Assembly: GCA_045862955.1 (NCBI GenBank)
Contig: BTVI01000008.1
Span: 1 to 64,000 of the forward strand
Source: Fimbriimonadales bacterium
GTDB lineage: Bacteria > Armatimonadota > Fimbriimonadia > Fimbriimonadales > JABRVX01
Direction: 5' to 3'
Length of the DNA: 64,000 nucleotides
The notes beneath the pieces were generated by a model, which saw only the letters and a program-made list of their open reading frames with translations, ran no database searches and had not been told where the DNA came from. The position numbers and the translations under genes were made by a program. Below, piece by piece: positions 56,504 through 64,000 of the stretch (its first letter is position 1; each line of letters begins with the position of its first letter).

Positions 56504-57817
56504 CGTCATGCTGAGCTTGTCGAAGCATGCCCTCGCATGCCGCACGGTCGTACGCTCGGATACTACCAATGCGGCTACCGGTCCCATGCTTCGACAGGCT
56601 CAGCATGACGTCGAGATTATCGTTACGACGCGCTCATCGTGACGGCGAGATCAGCATGGCGGGCCCTGCGCGCTTCGTGTAACGCACATAAGTCGAAGGA
56701 TGCGGCTGCCGACCTCATGCTTCGACAAGCTCAGCATGACGTCGAGATGAGCATGACGTGGCGCTAATCGGGACGGCGGGCTCAGCATGGCAGGATCTGC
56801 GCGCTTCCTGCGCCACACGCAAGTCGAAGGATGCGGCTGCCGGTCCCATGCTTCGACAGGCTCAGCATGACGTCGAGATGAGCATGACGTGGCGCTAATC
56901 GGGACGGCGGGTTCCGCATGGCGTCGCCTATGAGCCGTCCTCTTGCAGAGGTGAGGGGCGCATCCCCCTGCTGTGACTCACGCATCACTCCCAGAGGGCC
57001 TCCGATCATCGATCACTCCCGGAGCGGCTCCGAACGTCGATCACCCAGAGTGGTCATGCGATCGTCGGCCGCCCGCGAGGGGCTCCGAACGTCGGTCAGT
57101 CGCGAGGGGCCTTCGATCTCCTCCTGGCGGTGTGCGAGAGACACAGACCTCATACCGTCATGCTGAGCTTGTCGAAGCATGCCCTCGCATGCCGCACGGT
57201 CGTACGTTCGGATACTACCAACGCGGCTGCCGACCTCATGCTTCGACAAGCTCAGCATGACGTCGAGATGAGCATGACGTGGCGCTAATCGGGACGGCGG
57301 GCTCAGCATGGCAGGATCTGCGCGCTTCCCGCGCCACACACAAGTCGAAGGATGCGGATACGGGCCCCATGCTTCGACAAGCTCAGCATGACGTGGCGCT
57401 CATCGTGACGTCGAGGTCATCGGGACGGCGGGCTCAGCATGCCAGGATCTGCGCGCTTCCTGCGCCACACGCAAGTCGAAGGATGCGGCTACCGGCCCCA
57501 TGCTTCGACAGGCTCAGCATGACGTGGTGCTAATCGTGACGGGTCCTGCGCGCTTCCTGTAACGCACATAAGTCGAAGGATGCGGCTGCCGGTCCCATGC
57601 TTCGACAGGCTCAGCATGACGTCGAGATGAGCATGACGTGGCGCTAATCGGGACGGCGGGCTCAGCATGCCAGGATCTGCGCGCTTCCTGCGCCACACGC
57701 AAGTCGAAGGATGCGGCTACCGGTCCCATGCTTCGACAGGCTCAGCATGACGTCGGGGTCATCGGGACGTCGAGGGCAGCGTGACGTCGAGGTCATCGTG
57801 ACGGCGGGCTCAGCATG
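56504..57817. repeat. Large CGTC-tagged REP array (same family as 11465-11891)
   Basis: Forward CGTCATGCTGAGCTTGTCGAAGCATG at 56504 and 57156; about eight inverted copies at ~131-bp period. Confidence 0.92.
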
Positions 57818-57920
57818 GCGTCGCCGGTGACCCAGCCTATCGAAATGTTGAGGGACAGGCACACCGAGTGCAAGCCGGCACCACCACCATGAGTGACAGT
57901 GCAAGTCCGCTCTGGCAAAC

Positions 57921-57955
57921 ACTATCCCCCACCACGCGAAGTGGTGAGGGATAGT
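57921..57955. terminator. Stem-loop downstream of the PEP-CTERM gene
   Basis: ACTATCCCCCACCAC-GCGAA-GTGGTGAGGGATAGT. Confidence 0.5.
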
Positions 57956-57984
57956 AGCTTAGCTAGATTGTGGTCGCGTAGCGA

Positions 57985-58752
57985 CTACTTGCGGCGGCGG
58001 ATCGCCAGCAGGCCGGCGAGACCCGCGCCGAGCGCAGCCATCGTGCCAGGCTCGGGAATGGTGTACAGGGTGAACGCCATATCGAGCGACCGCCAACCCG
58101 TGGGAAGCGGCCCCTCATACAGGGCCACGGTGTCGGTCGGGTCAACGCCCCAGTTCGACCAGGGCGCGTAGCCGAAGTAGTTGGACGCGAAGGCCGCATC
58201 GTCGTTCCAGTTCAGCCCGCGCTGTCGGAAGTTCCAGTAGAAGGCGTCGAAATACCCGTCCGTAATCATCTCGCCCTGGATGCTGATCCAGTAGACCTGC
58301 GGATTGGTCGGGGTGCCTTCCTGGAAGAAGTACTGGTCGGGCCGGAAGATTGCCATGAACGTGCCGTCGCCGTTATCCCACCAGCCGGGCTGGCACTGGG
58401 CGGGGGCGTTGTCCACGCGGATCTCCTTGAGCAGCGTGCCGGGATGGCTCGCGTCATTGGGGGTAGCCGGAACATCTGTCCAGAACTTGATCACGAAGTT
58501 GTCAATCCAGATATTCCCGTAGTACGACCAACCTGCGAACTTCACGGCCACTATCGGCTGAAGGTCCGTGCACAGGAAGTCGTCTGCGCTGATGGCGTCG
58601 CTCGGCGTATCGTAATCGAGCCAGCTGGCGCCGCCGTACGTGTCGATGGCGTCCATCTGGTCCCACTTCTTGATGAAGCCGCAGTCAGTGCCCTGGGCAA
58701 AAGCGGAGGCGACGAATCCGCTCGCTAGCAGAAGCGTGATGTATCGTTTCAT
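57985..58752 (-). CDS. PEP-CTERM-sorted surface protein
   Basis: Signal peptide MKRYITLLLASGFVASAFA; SADDFLCT; C-terminal IPEPGTMAALGAGLAGLLAIRRRK. Confidence 0.92.
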   Translation of the reverse strand: MKRYITLLLASGFVASAFAQGTDCGFIKKWDQMDAIDTYGGASWLDYDTPSDAISADDFLCTDLQPIVAVKFAGWSYYGNIWIDNFVIKFWTDVPATPNDASHPGTLLKEIRVDNAPAQCQPGWWDNGDGTFMAIFRPDQYFFQEGTPTNPQVYWISIQGEMITDGYFDAFYWNFRQRGLNWNDDAAFASNYFGYAPWSNWGVDPTDTVALYEGPLPTGWRSLDMAFTLYTIPEPGTMAALGAGLAGLLAIRRRK

Positions 58753-58850
58753 GTGCTCCGTTTCCTCTAGAGTTACAGCATTGCCATCCGAGAGGCAACA
58801 AAGACAAACAGGCCATCCAAGGAAAAGGAGCCAGAATAGCAGTTGCCTAC

Positions 58851-58879
58851 ATTCTACACCCGATCTCGACTTCCTGCAA
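58851..58879 (-). promoter_or_regulatory. Putative sigma70 promoter
   Basis: TTGCAG-N17-TAGAAT on the minus strand. Confidence 0.55.
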
Positions 58880-59095
58880 CCGGAAATCGCAGACATTCCG
58901 GATAGGAAGAAAACCTAGCTAGCCTAAACTGTGTGCTTGCACGGCCTCCAATGCGCTCGACCCGGCAAATGTTCGCTTGCTCTGCAGCTTGCGGAGAACG
59001 GCGATGCGTACCGCCGCCTGAGGTCGAGGCGATGTCCCAGAGCTACCGCATCTAGTCGTCACCGCCACCGCAGAGCGCGCGACATTGCCAGGAGC

Positions 59096-59650
59096 CTAGC
59101 CCTTAGGCGAACCCTTCACGACCACGCCGGCCTTGCGAAGGGCCTGAAGCACGGTGGCGAAGTCGCCTTCAGGCGGAACGTACTCCACCACGGTCCCGTT
59201 CTTGTCCACCACCACCGAGAGCGGCATCGCGTGCACGAGGTAGGCCGCATGGGCCGCGCCCGAGCCGTCGGTGTACGCCGGCATCGTCATCCCGTGGGCT
59301 CGAACGAAGTCCTGAGCGATGAGGTTCCCTTCGGCGGTAATAGGCAGAATCACCAGGTGCTTTCGATCCGTGGAGTCGTACAGCTTCTGGATATCCTTCA
59401 TCCGCTGCACGCACTCGGTGTGATACGAGGTCCAGAACTCGATGTACACCACCCTGCCCTTCAGCGAGGAGAGCAGGAGCGGGTTGCCGTCGAGGTCCAT
59501 CACGCTGAAATCCATCGCCGGCTTGCCGACGAAGGTCTTCCGGTCTACCCGGTTCGGCCCCTGAGCCACGCACCAGCAAGCGAGCAGAAGCAGCAATATC
59601 CAACCCAATCGGTTTGGGGATCGGACTCGGTTGGCAGGCAGCAAGTTCAT
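59096..59650 (-). CDS. TlpA/redoxin-fold protein with HxxC in place of CxxC
   Basis: GKPAMDFSVMDLDGNPLLLSSLKGRVVYIEFWTSYHTEC; AMP; VDKNG. Confidence 0.85.
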   Translation of the reverse strand: MNLLPANRVRSPNRLGWILLLLLACWCVAQGPNRVDRKTFVGKPAMDFSVMDLDGNPLLLSSLKGRVVYIEFWTSYHTECVQRMKDIQKLYDSTDRKHLVILPITAEGNLIAQDFVRAHGMTMPAYTDGSGAAHAAYLVHAMPLSVVVDKNGTVVEYVPPEGDFATVLQALRKAGVVVKGSPKG

Positions 59651-59666
59651 AGAAAGGCCTCGATCC

Positions 59667-60491
59667 CTATTCTCGGCGTTTCTCTCCCCCGGGCTCGTTC
59701 GGCGGAGGCTCGACATAGCGTAGCCGCCCGGCCCGGTAATCCTCCCAGATGCCCAAGACGGCGTTACGGTGTGGGCGGACACGGCAATGCCCGTCCTCGT
59801 TACGTTTCTCGTCGCAAACCCCCATCGGCACGCACTTGGGCACCACGAGCCGCCCGAAGAACTCGTCCGCCGCCATCAACTCCTTACGAATTAGCTTGAA
59901 CAGCTGCCGGATCTCCCACTGCGCCAGCAAACAGATCCGTAGGCCGGCCATATGGATCAGCTCGCGCAGATTCACGGTCATGATCAGGTTGGTAGTCGTT
60001 GCGTTGGGCAGGACGAAGCGCGCGTCCTCCGCGGGCATGCCGAGATCGAGTAGCCGTTGATATGCCTCCTTGTCGGTCCGCATCACTTCCTCGAAGCTGG
60101 CCTGAGCCGCCTCATCCTCGGCGATGGAAGGCGGCACTACCTGTTGGGCTTCCCTAAACTTCACATAGCGCTGGCTTTGCTGATCGAACGCCACGCCGAT
60201 GCGGTGCCGTACGAGTTGGTGCGATAGCGCGCGGCTCACACCCGAGATCGCGAACGTGAACGAGATGTGCTCGATGGTGCTGTGGTGACCGGAGGAAAGG
60301 ACGTGGTCAATGACCCGGATCACCTTCGCCGGGTCCGTCTTTCCTTCGCGATATTCCTGCCAGATCTCCTGGGGTGGCGTCTCGCTATAGCACGTTCGGG
60401 CAGCGAGGTAGATCAGTCCTCGGTAGTACTCGCGGATCACCTCCCTGCTGGGAAAGATCAGGTCCACGCGCATCGGGCCAACGGACGCCAC
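59667..60491 (-). CDS. thyX: Flavin-dependent thymidylate synthase
   Basis: GHHSTIEH, SRALSHQLVRHR...QQSQRY, EDARFVLP, AQWEIR. Confidence 0.95.
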   Translation of the reverse strand: MASVGPMRVDLIFPSREVIREYYRGLIYLAARTCYSETPPQEIWQEYREGKTDPAKVIRVIDHVLSSGHHSTIEHISFTFAISGVSRALSHQLVRHRIGVAFDQQSQRYVKFREAQQVVPPSIAEDEAAQASFEEVMRTDKEAYQRLLDLGMPAEDARFVLPNATTTNLIMTVNLRELIHMAGLRICLLAQWEIRQLFKLIRKELMAADEFFGRLVVPKCVPMGVCDEKRNEDGHCRVRPHRNAVLGIWEDYRAGRLRYVEPPPNEPGGEKRRE

Positions 60492-60554
60492 GGTTTCCCC
60501 CTCATATTCGGACAGTACTACGGATACGTTCTCCGCGAGAGCAGATGGTGGAGC

Positions 60555-61238
60555 CTACCCTACCTCGGCGGTCCCTACGGGCGCTGCAACCTGCGCGTGC
60601 AGGTGTCCGCTCGTCGTGGACGGCCCGATGGCAACCACCACGTCACCGGGCCGAAGCACCAAGTCGGGTGTTGCCACCATGTGCCTCCCTTCGCGCACCA
60701 CTGCGACGATAGCGGTGCCGTCTGCGAAATACAAGCTCCCGATTGCCTTGCCACAGGCTGGTGAGCGGTGCGTAATCTCGGCCTCGGCCACTTCGAGCCC
60801 TCCACCCTGCAAGGCACCGATGGGAAGCACCTCACCGGTTTCAATCTCCTGCTCAATGAGGTTATAGATGATCGTGGTGCTGCTGATCACAGCATCCACC
60901 CCGAGCCGACGGAACAGGTCTTCGTGGCGCGGGTCTATCACTCTCGCGATGGTTCGCTTCACATTGAATCGGCGCTTCGCCATTTGGCAGACCACGAGAT
61001 TGTCCTCATCATCGCCGGTGATTGCCGCGACGACGTCTGCCCGGCCGATCCCCGCTTCCGCCATAACGCGCACTTCGCAACCATCGCCGTGCAGTACCGC
61101 ATCGGCTCCGAAGGTCTCCTGGAGTTGTTGCGCCCGAGACTTGCTCTTCTCGATCATCAGGAACTCGTGGCCCTCGTTACGCAGCCGTCTGGCCACCTGA
61201 GCCCCAATCGCCCCACCGCCAACCAGCACTACATACAT
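60555..61238 (-). CDS. trkA: TrkA-family potassium uptake regulator (RCK-N plus RCK-C)
   Basis: VLVGGGAIG, GDGC, ITGDDEDNLV, C-terminal TrkA-C; GGAGG RBS. Confidence 0.9.
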   Translation of the reverse strand: MYVVLVGGGAIGAQVARRLRNEGHEFLMIEKSKSRAQQLQETFGADAVLHGDGCEVRVMAEAGIGRADVVAAITGDDEDNLVVCQMAKRRFNVKRTIARVIDPRHEDLFRRLGVDAVISSTTIIYNLIEQEIETGEVLPIGALQGGGLEVAEAEITHRSPACGKAIGSLYFADGTAIVAVVREGRHMVATPDLVLRPGDVVVAIGPSTTSGHLHAQVAAPVGTAEVG

Positions 61239-61257
61239 CTCACGACCTCCCGAGCCC

Positions 61258-61710
61258 TCACTTACCCGCTGAAGCGAGGATGTACTCCTCCACGGGACGC
61301 ATCTCACGCTCATGGAGCCAGTCCGCAAATACCCCGCCGAGGATCAGGCATTCACTGATAGTGAAGAACCCGAGTTTCCTGTATTCCTCGCCCCGGATGG
61401 GGTCGTTGATCTTGCCCCCCACGCGCTGGATCCCGAACCGGTCTCTCGCGATCTGCATCGCCATGATGTTCGTATTGTCCCCCTGAGTGCAGGCGAAGAA
61501 CGCATCGGCCTTCGACGTGTTGGCCTCCCTGAGCACGTCCTCGTCGAGCACGTTGCCGGTAACGGTCCTGATGTTGGATGGCGGGGTCTTTCCGAAGCGC
61601 CGGAATGAATCGCGCTGCAGGTCCACGACGGCGACGTCATGGCCTTCGCTACTGAGCAGTCTGGCAAGCGTGGATCCCGTCCGCCCGCATCCTGCGATCA
61701 CGATCTTCAC
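61258..61710 (-). CDS. TrkA N-terminal (RCK-N only) protein
   Basis: IVIAGCGRTG, TQGDNTNI. Confidence 0.88.
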   Translation of the reverse strand: MKIVIAGCGRTGSTLARLLSSEGHDVAVVDLQRDSFRRFGKTPPSNIRTVTGNVLDEDVLREANTSKADAFFACTQGDNTNIMAMQIARDRFGIQRVGGKINDPIRGEEYRKLGFFTISECLILGGVFADWLHEREMRPVEEYILASAGK

Positions 61711-63611
61711 GGGTTGGTGTCTCCTACTGAGTTCGATGGAATACCTTCGCGGGTGGAACTCTCATGGTACCCCGCAGACACCGGAGCCGCGGCCCTTCGG
61801 TAGTAGTTGGGCTCGTTCCTGGCGATCAGCTCCAGCCGGGTCACGTCCTCACGGTCCCGAACGATGCAGAGCGGCAGTGCGAACAGGAACGTCACCGCGC
61901 ACACAGCCGCTCCGATCGAGGCAATCCGCGCGAGGCCCTCCGCAGCCGATGGAATCAGCGACGCTCCCGAGCGAGCCGCCCAATAGACGCTCAGGGCTAT
62001 CGGCAGAGAAATCACGAACCAGCCCAAGGCTGCCCACTGCTGCACGGAGAGGTTGGGTGCCGGAGGCGCGACCCCGGTTAGAGCCAGATGCACCCCGGCG
62101 AAGTCCGCGTACCGGAAAATGAAGCTGAGCAGTCCGAGTACCACCAGCCCGATGGCCATGAGCCAAGCCCATACTGCGTGGGTGCGCGTCCAAGTCAGGT
62201 AAGCAGTCCCCGCAGGGTTGGCTCCGGTGGGAGCATCGGACGCCGAAGCCGCATAGCCGAAAGTGCCGATCAACAGGGAGTACCAAACGCCTACCGCCCA
62301 ACTACCGCTACCCAAGTACGCAACCAAGCCGACGGCAAGTCCACACAAAACAGCCAGGGTCGCCCTGAGCCGCTCGGGCAGGCTCAGTCGCAGGCGCGCC
62401 GACAGCACGAGCACCGAAGCTGCAAACGCCCAGGCCAAGAGGAACCGTACCAAGAGCCCGAACGAGCCGTCCACGAGCGCCGAGGTCGCGATGCTCCGGA
62501 AGAGCCATCCTGTCCAGAGCTCCGGTCCGCCCGACACCGTGTTCCACCCCGAGAACTCCATCGCAGATATCTGGGGAATCTGAGCGCGGTATCCATCGTT
62601 GCGCCGTGCCTGCATTACCACGAAGCGGTCCTGCACCTGGGCCTCCGCCGGCGGTAGCGTGTCCCGGAGCACACGCCGAAACTCCGCTCGGCGCTCTTCT
62701 GCCAATCTTGGCGAGGACGCCGTCTTCGTATCCCCCCACTCGATGGCGGTCTCCACGATGCCGATCCCGACTAGGCCCGCGACGACTTGTCTGGCTTGCT
62801 CGCGAAGCAGCGCTCCGTTTCGGGCGTTCAGCAATCGCAGTCGCACCTGCTCCGCTCGCGACCCCTGCGCAGTCACACGCTTCAGAAGCGCAGTTGCGGT
62901 CTCTTCGATGAGGGCAGGGTGAGGAAGCCGAAGCATGGCGATGGCCGGGAATCTCTGCCGAGCCCCTCGTTGGCCGTGTATCCGCTCGAGCAAGTCCCAC
63001 TGCGCGAACACTTCCTCCTCGGCGTAATCTCGCCATTGCGTCTTGTCGGCAGCTATCTCCCACTGCTCCTGTGCCTTCTCCGGTTGTCCGAGACCCATGT
63101 AGGCGGCAGCCAGCATCTGAATGAAGAAAGCGTTGTTCGGCTGCCTTCTGCTTCCTTCGGCCATCAGGTCCCGAAGGCGCTCCCAGTCGTGAGGAGTGGC
63201 CCTCCAAGCATCGTCCTGCTCATTCTCACCCCCGATGCTCACCGCCGCAGCGTAATAGCGTCCGAGGTGCGCGTGGAGAGAGACGCGATGTGGGAAGCGC
63301 TCGAGCAGTTCTTCCAGAGCCCGGATCCGCTCACGGACCAGAGCAGCATCCTGTTCCTTCCTGGGCTCCCCAGTGGTCATCGTGGCAACCGCGAGCCAGT
63401 ACGAGAAGATGTGTTCTTCCTCTTCGGGAACCGTGGGCTCCACTCCCACGCTGAGGTGCTGTGAGACCGCCCTTTGCCACACGGGGACCTCATTGAGACC
63501 GAAAAACAGCCCGTCAACTACGTGCCAACGAGCCGTCGGGGAGAGCACCACGGCAAGACCGCACCCGACGGCGACGCCCGCCCAAAGCCAGCGTGCCGCA
63601 CCTGCCATCAC
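61707..63611 (-). CDS. Hypothetical membrane protein (extracytoplasmic helical domain plus ~7 C-terminal TM helices)
   Basis: 634-aa ORF; QPNNAFF TPR-like segment; GTGA overlap with trkA-N. Confidence 0.8.
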   Translation of the reverse strand: MMAGAARWLWAGVAVGCGLAVVLSPTARWHVVDGLFFGLNEVPVWQRAVSQHLSVGVEPTVPEEEEHIFSYWLAVATMTTGEPRKEQDAALVRERIRALEELLERFPHRVSLHAHLGRYYAAAVSIGGENEQDDAWRATPHDWERLRDLMAEGSRRQPNNAFFIQMLAAAYMGLGQPEKAQEQWEIAADKTQWRDYAEEEVFAQWDLLERIHGQRGARQRFPAIAMLRLPHPALIEETATALLKRVTAQGSRAEQVRLRLLNARNGALLREQARQVVAGLVGIGIVETAIEWGDTKTASSPRLAEERRAEFRRVLRDTLPPAEAQVQDRFVVMQARRNDGYRAQIPQISAMEFSGWNTVSGGPELWTGWLFRSIATSALVDGSFGLLVRFLLAWAFAASVLVLSARLRLSLPERLRATLAVLCGLAVGLVAYLGSGSWAVGVWYSLLIGTFGYAASASDAPTGANPAGTAYLTWTRTHAVWAWLMAIGLVVLGLLSFIFRYADFAGVHLALTGVAPPAPNLSVQQWAALGWFVISLPIALSVYWAARSGASLIPSAAEGLARIASIGAAVCAVTFLFALPLCIVRDREDVTRLELIARNEPNYYRRAAAPVSAGYHESSTREGIPSNSVGDTNP

Positions 63612-63629
63612 GGCGATACTCTACCGCAC

Positions 63630-64000
63630 CTATCCGGCAGATCGCGTCGGGCCGTGTTCCTCCTTCTTTTCCTCCATCGGAAGGTCTCGGTGGTACCACA
63701 ACGGCGAGTTGCGATCGAGCTTGTACTGCTCGAGCAGCTCGTCCGGTCGAACGTTGGCGCTAGCACCGGGCGATGCGGAGGGACGGTTCGGCGACTCTCC
63801 GAGGGCTGCATACTGCAGGACGGCGGTCATCAACACGGCAGCAGCAGCCGCGGCCACAGAGAACTGCCTCCAGTGTGCCCAGCTCGGTCTCTGTAGGCCG
63901 GTAAGCCTCAGAGCAGACACCACGCGATCGTCGAAATCGGGTGAAGGAACGACGTCGGCCGATGCCGACAACTCCTGGGATAACCTATGAATGAGATCTC
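63630..64000 (-). CDS. 3' part of a single-TM hypothetical protein (anti-sigma-like), truncated by the window edge
   Basis: PSPDFDDRVVSALR followed by a TM helix; frame appears open to the window end. Confidence 0.5.
   Translation of the reverse strand, partial: DLIHRLSQELSASADVVPSPDFDDRVVSALRLTGLQRPSWAHWRQFSVAAAAAAVLMTAVLQYAALGESPNRPSASPGASANVRPDELLEQYKLDRNSPLWYHRDLPMEEKKEEHGPTRSAG

Noticed and set aside
59411..59440. Selenocysteine (UxxC) in the TlpA-like protein
   Set aside because: The codon is CAC (His); there is no in-frame TGA.

Overview
GC-rich bacterial chromosomal window. The lineage is probably Armatimonadota/Fimbriimonadia-like; this is an inference from the PEP-CTERM proteins, the secreted proteins with a C-terminal dockerin-like GD..D repeat module, the futalosine-pathway mqnC, thyX and the divIVA-yggT-yggU block. 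The backbone is housekeeping: serC, gatB, folC, htrA, S41 protease, GH65 plus HAD, mqnC, rpsT, lipB, proS, era, secA, thyX and a trkA pair. There is a surface-glycan cluster (GH35-like, three GT4, methyltransferase, ECF sigma, PEP-CTERM) and an unusually high load of palindromic repeats from at least six families. The strongest signal is at 23.2-25.4 kb, where a REP-associated Y1/HUH transposase (RAYT) sits among 18 copies of a 25-bp palindrome. The 1,373-bp REP-RAYT-REP block has inverted REP ends and is flanked by a perfect 27-bp direct repeat that splits a CxxC...WDGSDLF gene. This looks like a target-site-duplicating insertion of an element class usually considered immobile and TSD-free. 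Other leads are a candidate sigma28-dependent sRNA with anti-SD loops, a small unannotated ORF, a nuclease-like/glycine-zipper orphan, a multi-winged-helix protein next to rpsT and an uncharacterised membrane-protein pair. No tRNA, rRNA or CRISPR array was recognised. All family assignments were made by eye from motifs; no searches were run.
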